In this document: one piece after another, positions 1 through 13,194 of the stretch | How positions within the stretch are numbered: position 1 is the stretch's first letter | Layout of the letters: every line of letters starts with the position of its first letter | Assembly: GCA_009914755.4 (NCBI GenBank) | Contig: CP086569.2 | Location: 20,544,001 to 20,608,000 of the forward strand | Origin: the human T2T-CHM13v2.0 reference genome, Homo sapiens | Length of the DNA: 64,000 nt | Direction of reading: 5' to 3' | Made by a program: the position numbers and the translations under genes | Notes under the pieces: generated by a model | Told to the model about the DNA's origin: nothing | Database searches by the model: none | Seen by the model: only the letters and a program-made list of their open reading frames with translations

Positions 1-1155
1 TTTTACTAATATTCTGAATTCCTTTGAAATTCCTTTTGTTAGTTTTTATCTTTCCCTTGTAGCTCCTTATGTAACTTATAAATGAACTTTTGAATTATTT
101 ATCTGGTATTTCAAAGACTTCCTTTTGGTTTGTATTCATTGTGAAAGAACTAATATGTCCTATAATGGATGTTATTGAACTCTGTTTATTCATATTCCTA
201 GAATGATTTTTTGTTTTCTTCTCATTTTTCTATAATTATTTTTGTATTCATTTTTTATTCAATGGTGTTTTTTTAAATTTCTTTTTTCCCATTGAGGCTG
301 TGCCTTTAATGTTTTCCACTTACCATCACCTAGATTCAGCTCTGGGTGCTTTCAGTGGTAAAGACTCTATATGAGTTTCTTGGTTATAGATTATCTTTTT
401 GTGATGGCTTTCTCAGATGCTGGTTATAGCAGTGATATGCTCAGTTTGTGGGCAGGTTTACTGTTTTCTCTGTGGCTGAAATAACAGAGGTCTCTTGAAG
501 CTCCACAATAATTTTATTTTTTAATTTTTTTCCTTTTCCCCCCAGTGTTTCATTTACTGGGTGAAACAGTTTAGGCTTCAGGAAAGTAGAAAGTGTCCAT
601 GGGTAAGAATCGGCTGCATCTAAAGCAGGTGGGTAAATGCAATACCAAATGGTGGGCAGAAGTCCCAGTTGACAGAGGTAGCCAGAGGAGCTCTCAGTGA
701 AACTCAATGGGGACTTCTCAGAAACAAAAAAGGAAGGCACCTCAACTCCCGTGTTGAGTCAGCAAGAATGCAGTCCACCTCCCAGTCACACTCCTAACCC
801 AGTGTTCCAGCTTTTCAAATCAGACAGGTACTTCTTTTTATCTGCAGACATGTTAATTTTCCATGTCGAGAGGGATTGCGACTCACCTTCATGCAAGCCT
901 GAATCTTTATAACACTCCTTTTATGGCAATGCAGTCACCCTAAAATGTTTCAGAAAGTCTGACTACAAGTGAATCCACGCCAAACTCCTATGGAAGAAGT
1001 TCCAGCTCTGTCTGCAGTGGCGGGTGACGGGGAAAAGTCTCCTTCTCCAAGACCTTTCACAAGCATCAGGACTGCCTGTTGGGATAAAGCCATAGACTTT
1101 CTTCACCGATCCCCGCACTGCACTTGTGCCTCTGCTGCAAGAAATTTCTAACAGC

Positions 1156-1194
1156 AGGGTGCAGTGGCTCACGCCTATAATCCCAGCACTTTGG
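1156..1194 (+). mobile_element. Alu 5'-end fragment (~39 bp)
   Basis: ggtgcagtggctcacgcctataatcccagcactttgg matches the Alu left-monomer start; the remainder of the element is absent. Confidence 0.45.
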
Positions 1195-2559
1195 TTCTGT
1201 GTTACTGTCCCTGCAGGTGTAATGGACTTTGCTGGTTGGCATCTGACCAGGAGATGGCCCTTGCGAAGCAGCACCAGCTGTGATAATCATGGTGGAATTT
1301 CTGTTTGTTATGTCACTCAGTGTATATACTTTGGTGTCTCAAGCAATAGATGGAGCCATAAAGTCTGTACTCTGGCTCCCTATGTGCAGGTGCAAGTACC
1401 AGTTCCACTAGGAATCAGAGGACAGTACAACTGACTGTGAGGGAAATGTTCCAATGTGAATCACAGATGCCTCTGCTGCACAAAAGAAGTCACACAAGGA
1501 AGTGGGGTAGCAGGTGGCAGTAAGCCAAAGTCAGCTGCAATGAAGTTGTCATGGCAGGTCTTAGACTCATAATGTTTCCATAGCAACAATTAGCTGAGCT
1601 CCATCCAGGCAATCTATCCTTAGAACTCAAAATTTCCCCAGACTATAAGTCACTCCAACTAAGACTAAAACCATAGCTTTTATGTCATGCCCTCCTGTTT
1701 CAGCCATGAAGCAGGGGTGTCCAGCATCTGTACCTGTGGCTGTAGCACACTATTTACTCAACCCCCTGGTTCTGCAAAGGGAGTTCATTCCTACTCAAGA
1801 TTATATTATCAGTATTAGTTGAAGGCTTCGCTCAACTTGTGACCACTACCTGAGTTAGCCGGCAAACTTCCATTAGGCTCCCTGATAGTTAGGATCAGGA
1901 GTGGCTTCCCTCTGTGCTCATTGAAATCTGTGAGTGCACATAAAGCATGTGCTGATGCCACTCCTCACATATTCCCCACCACTCATTAAATAAGGTTCAG
2001 GACTAGGTAGTGTTAAGGCCTTCTCTCATGGTCTGGATTGCCAAGCTCACCAGTGGGAGTGTGTTATGGTGACAGTCCCTCTCCCTCTTATCCTCTGGAG
2101 ACTCAAAGTTTTTTTCTTGGCTCATGATGTAGGCCCACCACTTTTTTCCCAAGGTTCTGTGGTGTTATTCAGTTTTTCTGTTAAATTCCTGTGTTAGTTC
2201 CAGAAAAAAAAAATTCAGCATGAATATCTATACACTATTTTGTCTTTCCATGTTGGAGAGGCATGCTAATAGAACGCTTTCAACGCACCGTCTTGGAAAC
2301 CTAAAAATGTAGTTCATAGGATATTAGAAATGTTTCAAAATAAAAAGAAAATTCTGGTTCAAACTAAGTAAACATTAAGTAGGAAAATAAAAGCGATGAG
2401 GTTAAAAGACATACAAATTTTATGTGATCAATAGCTAACTGAGATTAAATTTGCTTATAAAGTTTTATTGAAATTACCTTTAATATATTAATAATGCACT
2501 AATATGGACATAAAATTTGTTTTTCTCTTTAGAATAAAATTATCCTAGAAAAAATTTTT

Positions 2560-2843
2560 GGTCCAAGTGTTGTGGCTCATGTGTATAATCCCAGCATGTT
2601 TGGAAGCTAAAGCAGAAGGAACCCTTGAACCTAGGAATTTAAAACCAGCCTAGGCAATACAGGAAGACCCCATCTCTACAAAAAATAAAAATAAGTAACT
2701 GGGTGTAGGGAGTGTGCCTGTATTCACAACTACTCAGGAGGCTCATATGGTAGGATTGCTTGAGCCCAGGAGCTCATGGCTGCAGTGATGCCTGATTGTA
2801 CTGCATCACGCCAGCCTTTACACAGAGTCAGACCCTCTCTTTA
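2560..2843 (+). mobile_element. Alu SINE, older AluJ/S-like, full length
   Basis: ggtccaagtgttgtggctcatgtgtataatcccagca...A-rich linker (aaaataaaaataag)...tactcaggaggct...gagtcagaccctctc; dimeric Alu structure with a diverged sequence. Confidence 0.8.
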
Positions 2844-5153
2844 GGAAATATTTTTTTAAAAACTTTTGAGTTAAATGAAAAAAAATGAGGAGAGATAGGA
2901 AGAGATAGATTTAGTCACTACACTTTATTAAATCTTTTGTTGAGAAACTGAACCTCTTAGTTATCAAAGTGTAAATGCCTATGCTTTTCAAAATCTTTAA
3001 CTTATCATTTTGGTTAAATGACAATCATTTTACAGTTACCTGTGATACAATTTTTAGCAAGTGTTTTAAACCTTTGATATCTGACAAACTTTTCAAAATG
3101 AAATTTCAAATTATACATTTACGTTTGTGAACCTTAAATTAGCTTCTTATATATTAGGGCTCCTACAAGTCCAAAAGAGATACGTTAGTCTTACTTGGTA
3201 TGTTAAAATCATATGGAAAGCCTTTTCAAATAAAAAAAAAAGTTTAACTTTTTGACTTATGTTTCTACAAATACGTCATTAGCATGTGTTCCAAAATTGT
3301 AAAAGATTCCTAAAATTACTTTGTCTTGTTATATGTTATCAATTATAATTATGATTATTATAAGTTTTTGTATGCCATACAGACAATTCTTTCTTGTCAA
3401 TTTATTTTTAATTATTATTATACTTTAAGTTCTAGAGTACATGTGGACAATGTGCAGGTTTGTTACATACATATACATGTGCCATGTGGGTTTGTCATTT
3501 ACATTAGGTATTTCTCCTAATGCTATCTATTCCCCATTCCCCCAACCCACGACAGGCCCCAGTGTGTGATGTTCCCTGCCCTGTGTCCAAGTGTTCTCAT
3601 TATTCAATTCCCACCTGTGAGTGAGAATATGCGATGTTTGGTTTTCTGTCCTTGTTATAGTTTGCTCAGAATGATGGTTTCCAGCTTCATCTATATCCCT
3701 GCAAAGGACATGAACTCATCCTTTTTTATGGCTGCATAGTATTCCACAGTGTGTATGTGCCACATTTTCTTAACCCAGTCTATCATTGATGGACATTTGG
3801 GTTGGTTCCAAGTCTTTGCTATTGTGAATTAGTGCCTCAATAAACATATGTGTACATGTGTCTTTATAGTAGCATGATATATAATCCTTTGGGTATATAC
3901 CCTGTAATGCGATCACTGGGTCAGATGGTATTTCTGGTTCTAGATCCTTGAGGAATCACCACACTGTGTTCCACAATGGTTGAACTAGTTTACAGGTCCC
4001 ACCAACAATGTAAAAACCTTCCTTTTTCCCCACATCTGTTGTTTTCTCCAGCATCTGTTGTTTCCTGACTTTTTAGTGATTGCCATTCTAACTGGTGTGA
4101 GATGGTAGCTCTGTGGTTTTGATTTGCATTTCTCTGATGACCAGTGATGATGAATATTTTTTCATGCATCTGTTGGCTGTGTAAATGTCTTCTTTTGAGA
4201 AGTGTCTGTTCATATACTTTGCCCAATTTTGATGGGGTTGTTTGATTTTTTCTTGTAAATCTGTTTAATTTCTTTGTAGATTCTGGATATTAGCCCTTTG
4301 TCAGACGGGTACATTGCAAAAATTTTCTCTCATTCTGTAGGTTTACTGTTCACTCTGATGGTACTTTCTTTTGCTGTGCAGAAACTCTTTAGTTTAATTA
4401 AATCCTATTTATTAATTTTGGCTCCTGTTGCCATTTGTTTTGGTGTCTTAGTCATGAAGTCCTTGCCCAGGCCTATGACCTGAATGCTCTTATCTAGGTT
4501 TTATTCGAGGTTTTCATGGTTTTAGGTCTAACATTTAAGTCTTCAATCCATCTTGAATTAATTTTTGTATAAGGTGTAAGAAAGCAAACCTGTTTCAGCT
4601 TTCTACATATGGCTAGTCAGTTTTCCCAGCACCATTTATTAAATAGGGAATCATTTCCCCATTTCTTGTTTTTGTCAGGTTTGTCAAAGGTCAGATGGTT
4701 ATAGATGTGTTGTTATTTCTGAGGCCTCTGTTCTGTTCCATTGGTCTATATCTCTGTTTTGGTACTGGTACCATATTGTTTTGGTTACTGTACACTTGTA
4801 GTATAGTTTGAAGTCAGGTAGCATGATGCCTCCAGCTTTGTTCTTTTTGCTTAGGATTGTCTTGGCAATGCAGGCTCTTTTTTGGTTCCATATGAATTTT
4901 AAAGTAGTTTTTTCCAATTTTGTGAAGAAAGTCATTGGTAGCTTGATGAGAATGGCATTGAATTGATAAATCTATAAATCAGTATGGCCATTTCCATGAT
5001 ATTGATTCTTCCTATCTATGAACATGGAATATTGTTCCATTTGTTTGTGTCCTCCTTTATTTTTGTTGAGCAATGATTTGTAGTTCTCCCTGAAGAGGTC
5101 CTTCACATGCCTTGTAAGTTGGATTCCTACATATTTTATTCTCTTTGTAGCAA

Positions 5154-5648
5154 TTATGAATGAGAGTTCACCCATGATTTGGCTCTCTGTCTGTTATTTG
5201 TGCATAAGGATGCTTGTGATTTTTGCACATTGATTTTGTATCCTGAGACTTTGCTGATGTTGCTTATCAGCTTAAGGAGATTTTGGGCTGAGATGATGGG
5301 GTTTTCTAAATATACAATCATGTCATCTACAAAGAGGGACAATTTGACTTCCTCTTTTCCTAACTGAATACCCTTTATTTCTTTCCCTTGCCTGATTGCC
5401 CTGGCCAGAACTTCCAACACTATGTTGAATAGGAGTGGTGAGAGAGGGCATCCCTGTCTTGTGCCAGTTTTCAAAGGGAATGCTTCCAATTTTAACCCAT
5501 TGAGTATGATACTGGCTGTGGGTTTTCCATAAATAGCTCTTATTATTTTGAGATACATTCCATCAATATCTAGTTTATTGAGAGTTTTTAGCATGAATGG
5601 CTGTTGAATTTTGTTGAAGGTCTTTTCTGCATCCATTGAGATAATCAT
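5154..5648 (-). pseudogene. L1 ORF2 reverse-transcriptase domain remnant (164-aa open fragment)
   Basis: Translation ...[53 protein letters not shown]... matches the L1 ORF2 RT palm motif (F[A/V]DDM). Confidence 0.85.
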
Positions 5649-5650
5649 GT

Positions 5651-5790
5651 GGTTTTTGTCTTTGGTTCTTTTTATGTGATGGATTGCATGTATTGATTTG
5701 CATATGTTGAACCAGCCATGAGGTTTTTGTCTTTGGTTCTTTTATGTGATGGATTGCATGTATGGATTTGCATATGTTGAACCAGCCTTG
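5651..5790. repeat. ~70-bp direct tandem duplication inside L1 ORF2
   Basis: gtttttgtctttggttcttt(t)tatgtgatggattgcatgtat(t/g)gatttgcatatgttgaaccagcc occurs twice back to back (5651-5720 and 5722-5790). Confidence 0.7.
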
Positions 5791-8160
5791 CATCCCAGGG
5801 ATGAAGCTAGCTTGATCTTGCTGGATAAGCTCTTTGATGTGCTGCTGGATTTGGTTTGCCAGTATTTTATTGAGGATTTTCACATGGATGTTAATCAGGG
5901 ATATTGATCTAAAATTCTCTGTTTGTTGTGTCTCTGCTAGTCTTTGGTATCAGGATGATGCTGGCCTCATAAAATGAGTTAGGGAATATTCCTTCTTTTT
6001 CTATTGATTGGAATAGTTTCAGAAGGAAAGGTACCAGCTCCTCTTTGTACCTCTAGTAGAATTTGGCTGTGAATCTGTCTGGTCCTGGAATTTTTTTTGG
6101 TTGGTAGGCTATGAATTATTGCCTCAATTTTAGAGTCTTTATTGGTCTATTCAGAGATTCAACTTCTTCCTGGTTTAGTCTTGGGAGGGTGTATGTGTCC
6201 AGGAATTTATCCATTTCTCCTAGATTCACTAGTTTATTTGCATAGAGGTGTTGATTATATTCTCTGATGGTAATTTGTATTTTTGTAGGATTGGTGGTGA
6301 TATAGCCTTTATCATTTTTTATTGCATCTATTTGAGTCTTCTCTTTTCTTCTTTATTAGTCTTGCTAGCAGTCTATCAATTTTGTTGATCTTTTCAAAAA
6401 ACCAGCTCCTGGATTCATTGATTTTTTTGCAGGTTTTTTTGTGTCTCTTATCTCCTTCAGTCCTGCTATGATCTTAGTTATTTCTTGCCTTCTGCTAGCT
6501 TTTGAATGTGTTTGCTCTTGCTCCTCTAGTTCTTTTAATTGTGATGTTAGCATGTCAATTTTATATCTTTCCTGCTTTCTCTTGTGGACATTTAGTGACA
6601 TAAATTTCCCCTACACACTGCCTTAAATGTGTCTCAGAGATTCTGGTACTTTGTGTCTTTGTTCTCACTGGTTTCCAAGAACATCTTTATTTCTGCCTTC
6701 ATTTCATTGTTTACCCAGTAGTCATTCAGGAGCAGGTTGTTCAGTTTCCATGCAGTTATGTGGTTTTGAGTGAGTTTCTTAATCCTGAGTTCTAATTTGA
6801 TTGCACTGTGGTCTCAGAGACAGTTTGTTGTGATTTCTGTTCTTTTACATTTGCTGAGGAGTGCTTTACTTGTAAATATGTGGTCAATTTTGGAATGAGT
6901 GCAGTGCGGTGCTGAGAGGAATGTATATTCTGTTGATTTGGGGTGAAAAGTTCTGTAGATATCTATTAGGTTTATTTGTTTCTTTTTACTCTTTTTTCTC
7001 TAAACTTCTCTTCTTGCTTCATTTCATTATTTTGATCTTCAGTTGCTGATACCCTTTCTTCCACTTGATCAAATCAGCTACTGAAGCTTGTGCATCATCA
7101 TGTAGTTCTCATGTCATGGTTTTCAGCTCCATTAGGTGTAGGGAAGACCTTAAATGTTAGCCATTTGTCTAATCTTTTTTGAAGGTTTTTTCTTCCTTGT
7201 GATGGGTTTGAACATCCTCTTTTAGCTCAGAGCAATTTATCATTACCGACTTTCTGAAGCCTATTTCTGTCAACTCACCAAAGTCATTCTCTGTCCTGCT
7301 TTGTTCCATTGCTGGTAAGGAGCTGTGATCCTTTGGCAGAGAAGGGGCACTCTAGTTTTAAGAATTTTCAGCTCTTCTTCCCTGGTTTCTCCCCATCTTT
7401 GTGGTTTTATCTACCTTTGGTCTCTGGTGATCTACAGATGGAGTTTTGGTGTGGATGTCCTTTTTGTTGATGTTGATGCTATTCCCTTATGTTTGTTAGT
7501 TTTCCTTCTAACAGTCAGGCCTCTCAGCTGCAGGTCTGTTGGAGTTAGCTCGAAGTCCGCTCCAGACCCTATTTGGCTGTGTATCACCAGTGGAGGCTGC
7601 AGAACAGCAAATATTGCAGAACAACAAATATTGCTGCTTGATCCTTCCTCTGGAAGCTTCATCTCAGAGAGGCAACTGGCTGTATGAGGTGTCAGTCAGC
7701 TTCTACTGGGAGTTTTCTCTAAGTTAGGCTACACAGGGGTCAGGGACCCACTTGAAGGGGCAGTCTGTCCAGTCTCAGAGCTCAAACACAGTGCTGGGAG
7801 AAACACTGCTCTCTTCAGAGCTGTCAGACAGGGACATTTAAGTCTGCAGAAGTTTCTGCTGCCTTTTGTTCAGCTATGCCTTGCCCCCGAGGTGGAATCT
7901 ACAGAGGCAGGTGGGCCTAGTTGAGCTGCAGTGGGCTCCACCCAGTTTGAGTTTCCCAACTGCTTTGTTTACCTGCTCAAGCCTCAGCAATGGCAGACAC
8001 CCCTCCCACAGTCAGGCTTGCTGCCTTGCAGTTTGATCTGAGACTAGCAATGAGCAAGTTTCCATGGACATGGGACCCACTGAGCCAGGCATGGGATATA
8101 ATCTCCTGGTGTGCATAAGAAAATACATTCTTCAAAAAAGCCCAAATTGGAGATGTCACT

Positions 8161-9550
8161 TGATGATGTTATCATGTCAGTGGGGTTTTAAAATAACATT
8201 AGGACCACTGCTACTATAGTGCATGTTTCTTTCCAGTGTCTGTGGAATATTAGTGTAGCCAGGAACCACAGAGAAAGTAAGGCCCTGCCTCCTGAAGGGA
8301 TGGTTCTCATAGTTGTAGTTTATGAGAGTTCCAGCTAGATTTAGTCTAGGCCTTATAAGGCTGCCTTCCCTACATCTAATGGGAATATCTTTAGGATAAA
8401 GATATTCATACTAATTGTAGTCATCCACAGTACCATTTAGAACTTTACATGCTGGATGGGAAGAGTTTTTTTTGACAAAAAGAGTTTCAAAAATTAGGGT
8501 CCTGGCAGTTATCTTAGACAACACATGTTACAGGCGCTATTGGTCCAGAAATTCCTTGTTTGTCTACAAATTTGCAGATAGCTGCCATTGTTAAATATTA
8601 TACAAAGTTCTGGAATTCCATGTATGGGGATATTTGGGAAAGACCATGCATTATTTATTACCTGATAATGAAGTTGTCAAGTGGCAACATTTTTGCCCGG
8701 GTAGTTATTCCCATTGGGAATTCCACCCAGGAGGTCTGCCTAGATTGTTAAATTTTTTCCATGGTCTTTCCCAATGTTTGGTGTTAATCTTGTTCCTGTT
8801 TAGTCTCCAGATTTCTGTGCTTTTAACAATTATGAGCATAGTGTTACAATATTTAAGGTTTCCCAAGTATAGTCCTTTTCCTCTGCTGTTAAAGCAGATT
8901 AAAGCATTTGGTATCATTCTATTAAATTTACCTAGTTTAAGGGTGGGAGTTTTACCCTCAGGGAGTGTGTCTCTCTGGGTGAGGTTAAAAATGGACCCAT
9001 ACCATGTTCCATTTACACCTATTAAATCCTTAATGGTTACTTAATGGTTAAAGGTAAAGCTAGCAAAGGGAACACTAAATTAGTGAGTTCTGGGTCATCA
9101 AAGTGTCCTTTGATGTTATTAAACTGAGCAAATCATTTAGGGAAAACCCAGCAATCCATCTGGGCAATGGCTAATATTGTAAGGGAAAAATGATGGGTGG
9201 CATTGCTACATTTAACAGTGAATGTTAATAAACACAATAGTAACAAAACCGTCATTTTTATCTTTTATCTGTGACTATTATGCCTGTTATAAGAATAATA
9301 ACTAAGCAAAAAATTATGACAATTGAGACGTTTTGCCGGATGTTTTACTCAGAAGGTGCCACAACATGTAGTCGTACTGCAAAGTGCGAAGTACCACAAT
9401 TCCTACAAGTATGGTATAATCAAGTTTCATTTAAAATCTTACTAAAAGTATTAGTAAGATAAGCATGGGGTAGAGCTGAACAGATAGTTCTCATTCATTT
9501 ACTTATCTTTGTAATTTTCAGTTTGAAACCACTGACATCTTCACACTGAT
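8161..9550 (-). pseudogene. ERV env (SU-like) remnant, truncated where it abuts the L1 5' end
   Basis: Minus-strand frames downstream of the integrase C-terminus contain NGT glycosylation-like motifs and Cys-containing stretches (NGTVDDYN..CREGSLIRPRLNLAGT) with frameshifts. The assignment rests mainly on position after IN. Confidence 0.4.
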
Positions 9551-9559
9551 ATCTGGGAT

Positions 9560-10450
9560 GCTCCTCTGAGCTGTCAACTCTTTCTCCCTCTGCATTTCAG
9601 GCCTTGCCATGAGTGTGATCAATCCAAGAGTGGAGTCCTGCAATCTTCACTGCCAAGGGGTTGGAGAGAAGGATGGTGTAAGGTCTCTAACACTTACGAC
9701 CTCAAGAGGGGGAAAGAGAGGGAGGAGCCTTCACCAGTTCCAAGTCTCCTGGATTAAAGGGAGGTGATCCTAGTTATTGGGGTTGGAGTTTTAATAGCTG
9801 TTTTTAATTCCTGCTGGAAGTGGTCCAGGGAGGTTATATGATTAACCAATTCAGAAGTTTCCTGATCTATTATAAAATCATTACTAAGCAAAGGCCATCC
9901 ATATATCATTCAAAAGGGCTCAACCTCAAATGTAAATGGGTCTTCCTCACACTCACTAAGGCTGTAAAGAGGAGGGTAGTCTATGGGACTGCTTCTTGAG
10001 ACAACTTCTGGAGGTGCTTTTTAATGATATCATTTGTTTTCTCCACCTTCCCTGAAGATTGTGGTCTCCAAGCACAATGAAGATGGTATTGTATGTCCAG
10101 TGCTTTTGAGACCTTCTGGGTAACAGTCACCTTAAATGAAAGGCCATTGTCACTTTGGAGGTATTTAGGGAGTTAAAGTGAGGAATTATTTTATTGACTC
10201 ATGCTTTCATCACCTTAGAGGCCTTTTCTATTCAACATGCAAATTCCTCTATTCAATTAGTGAAGATATCCACCTACACCAGGAGATACTAAATCTTTTT
10301 TCTCTTTGCCATATGGGTAAAATTAATTTGCCAGTCCTCCCCTGGGAAACTTCTCATTTTTTGACTTGGGTGGGGACAAGATGTCTGTTGAGGGGATTGT
10401 TTCCATGGCACGTCTCACAAGCATTAACAATCCATTTGTGTTTGGTAAAT
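9560..10450 (-). pseudogene. ERV integrase remnant (frameshifted)
   Basis: PGEDWQINFTHM...LLV.VDIFTN.IEEFA ~ MLV PGTHWEIDFTEIK...LLVFIDTFSGWIEAFP; the C-terminal SH3-like segment matches the MLV integrase C-terminus. Confidence 0.65.
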
Positions 10451-10483
10451 TGTTACCCAAAGATTTGTCGGCTAGTTGATTAG

Positions 10484-10486
<3 letters not shown>

Positions 10487-10523
<37 letters not shown>

Positions 10524-10532
10524 TTGAGACGG
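10487..10532. repeat. (TAA/ATT)n microsatellite, the A-rich tail of the adjacent minus-strand Alu
   Basis: attattattatt... x~15 immediately 5' (plus strand) of the poly-T start of a minus-strand Alu. Confidence 0.8.
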
Positions 10533-10806
10533 AGTCTCACTCTGTCACCCAGGCTGGAGTGCAGTGGCACAATCTCAGCTCACAGCACACTCTATCTCCC
10601 AGGTTCAGGCCATTCTCCTGCCTCAGCCTCCTGAGTAGCTGCGACTACAGGCCCCTGCCACCATGCTCGGCTAATTTTTTGTATTTTTAGTAGAGACAGC
10701 GTTTCACTGTGTTAGCCAGGATGGTCTTGATCTCCTGACCTCGTGATCTGCCTGCCTCGGCCTCCCAAATTGCTGGGATTACAGGTGTGAGCCACCGCGC
10801 CTGGCC
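10533..10806 (-). mobile_element. Alu (AluS/Y-like) inserted into the ERV pol region
   Basis: ttttgagacggagtctcactctgtcacccaggctggagtgcagtgg...ggcctcccaaattgctgggattacaggtgtgagccaccgcgcctggcc is the reverse complement of the Alu consensus. Confidence 0.85.
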
Positions 10807-11225
10807 CCAGTTTTATCCTTTTCTAAATGAAAAGATTGGTTAAAGATTTTATAACTTTCCACTGACTAGAGGCTGACAAATAAAGTTTGCCATTCTCTGA
10901 TTGTAACCATCCTAAGAATTGAAAAGTGTTTCCTCAAGAGGCGGCCCAATCTATCTCTGCTGGGGAATACTGAGGACTTATTTTCCCTATAGAGACCTCC
11001 CAAATTAGAAGGACTTCAAATGCACTTGAACTTTGGGGTTATCTTTTTAATGACTTAGCTGTTTGGTCTGCTAACCTATATCCTTCAACTATTCCATCCA
11101 TCCTCTTCTGGTGTCCTTAGCAATGTATTACTGCCACTTCCTATGGAAGTAAAACTAAGACAACAATCTATTTCCTGATGGTATTTAATGGGAGACCCAT
11201 TAGCAGTCAGGAAATGGCTTTCTTT

Positions 11226-11471
11226 CTAAATAACGGCATGATTATGAAGAACCAGGAAAGCGTATGTAGAATCAGTAGGTATGTTAATGGCCTTTCCTTT
11301 GCTTAGTTCAAGATCCCTTGTGAGGATGATTATTTCAGCTAATTGAGCATTTGTATCTGATGAGAGAGGTGTGCTTTTAATGATGTCATCCAGGGTGATA
11401 ACTGTATACCTTACCCTATGAGTTTCTTGTTCTACTAAGTAGTTCATTTGTAAAGAGAATCCAGTCTGCAT
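11226..11471 (-). pseudogene. ERV RNase H domain remnant (81-aa open fragment)
   Basis: TDSTYAF motif (retroviral RNase H TDSRYAF) preceded by AQLAEIIILTRDLELSKGK. Confidence 0.75.
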
Positions 11472-11499
11472 TTTCTAGGGAAGTTTTCTTGAGGTCCTC

Positions 11500-12750
11500 T
11501 CTGGCTGCATAGGTTTGCACCACAATTTGTTCCAAATTATGTTTAGGTTTCCTCTTAGAGGAAAGTGGCTGGATTCAGGCAAGGACATGTCTTTTAGTAA
11601 ACAGCACATTCCTCCATCAGCAATGCTTGATATTTGTGGAGGTGATTAACAGTCCTGCTATATTATGGGGGGCATAAATAGTCATGTTATTCCCCTTGGT
11701 TAATTTAGTGGCTTCTGGCACCAGTAAAGCCACCACTACAACTGCTTGGAGGCAAGCTGGCCATCCTGTAGCCACCAAATAAAGCTCTTGCATAAGTAAT
11801 TGACTGACTGTTAGGCTGAATCTTGCACTTGAATTAAAACCTCCAGGGCTCTTCCCTTCCTTTCTGTGACATAAAGATTTAATGCCTTTCCTATGGGAAG
11901 ACTGGGGGCAGGTCTTTTAAGTAAGGCTTGCTTAGCTGATTAAAGACCTTCTGAGCCTCAGGTTCCCATGTGAATAAATGACTTTTAGCTTTTTATTTAT
12001 AAGTGATATAAATGATGAACTATTTCACTGTACCCAGGAATCCACAGTCTGCAAAAACTGTAATGAGCCAAGATTCTCTTAGCTGTTTGAGGGTTTTGAG
12101 AAGGGGAAAGAAGGAAATAGGCTTATTTTTCTCATCTCCTAATGTTCTGCTCCCTTCTGACAAGACTAGATGTATGTGCTTTACTGAAGTTTTACAAAGC
12201 TTTGTTTTAGATTTGGAAATTTTATATCATCTACCTGCTAGTAAGTTAAGAAGTGCCTCAGAGTGTTTTTGAGAAACTCCCTCAGTTGGGAACAGAGGAG
12301 AATATCATTTACATATTGTAAAACTTCTACCTGAGGATGAGAAAACTCATAGAAGTCATTTGATGATATTTGCCCAAGCAAGTGGGGGCTGTCTCAGAAT
12401 CCCTGAGGCAGTACTGCCCAAATCAACTGGATAGCATGGTTGGAGAGATCCTTGAAACCAAGTAAGTATTGAGAGTCAAAGTGCAATGGTATGCAAAAAA
12501 AGGCATTCCTTAGGTCCAAAAGTGAACTATTTATTTGCCTCGGGTATTTGAGTTAGCAAAGAATAAGAATTAGAAATGACCAGATGGATAGGAGCTACAG
12601 AGTCATTAATGAGATGAGGATCCTGAACTAGTCTCCTCCATTCCTTAACGGGTTTCTGTAACCCTAATATTGGACTGTTGAAAGGGCTGTTGCAAGATTT
12701 GTGAAGGTCCTGTGCTTTAAAATGATTAATAATGGCTTCTAGTTCTTTTC
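11500..12750 (-). pseudogene. ERV reverse transcriptase remnant
   Basis: RT finger-domain match at ~12600-12750 (LGLQKPVKEWRRLVQDPHLIND), continuous with RNase H downstream. I did not confirm YxDD. A protease-like remnant (IILMAPGQ ~ FLVDTGAQ) lies at ~12780-13150. Confidence 0.5.
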
Positions 12751-13194
12751 TAGCTTTGGCTTTGGGGGGTACTTCTTCTGGTTATGGAAGAATGTGGAAT
12801 CCTTAAGGTAAATCTGGGACAGCTGCAGACTGGCCAATTTTACCTTGACTTGCACCTCTGGGTTAATATTGGTTTCCATTAAGGGAAGACAAAGAGTCTG
12901 TCCTGGAGCCATAAGGATGATGGCTAGAATATCCCATATAGGCTAGCTGGAATACTAACTAAAATATGTCTACCTGGTAAAGGAGTGAGATTCCCAGGCA
13001 TAATTAAAAAAGCATGAGTGTGAGTAAACGGCAAGTTTCCCCAAGGAAACTAAACTAAAAGGTTAAGGACTTTCCCATCACCCATCATGGTCATGCTATT
13101 GGAGAGGAGAAAAGAGAAGCTGGTACCAGAGAAGTGGGGCATTGCTATAAAGGTGCTTGAAAATGTGAATGCAACGTGGAATCAGGGACCTGCC

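Larger units (their letters stand above)
3398..8160 (-). mobile_element. LINE-1 (older L1PA-like), 5'-truncated inside the 5'UTR, with an internal ~1.3 kb deletion
   Basis: Reverse complement of the L1 3' end (acatgtactctagaacttaaagtataat) at 3398-3420 with a T-rich tail. ORF2 C-terminus, RT domain and post-EN region run in order toward higher coordinates. ORF1 start and 5'UTR-like sequence lie at 7000-8160. The six-frame minus-strand ORFs match the L1 ORF2 protein. Confidence 0.85.

Noticed and set aside
1-1150. AT-rich left edge as an old L1/LINE fragment on the minus strand
   Set aside because: It has some L1-like flavour (T-rich, tttgtgatgg-type phrases), but I could not align it convincingly to any part of the L1 consensus. 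Left unannotated.
1441-2200. Region left of the first L1 as the missing env/3' LTR of the gamma-like ERV
   Set aside because: Minus-strand translations show no TM or immunosuppressive-domain motif and no similarity to the candidate 5' LTR at 14400-14703. The missing part appears genuinely absent from the window.
10178-10483. 101-aa plus-strand ORF
   Set aside because: It lies antisense to the ERV integrase remnant, and its composition is that of the opposite-strand read-through. No independent evidence of coding.
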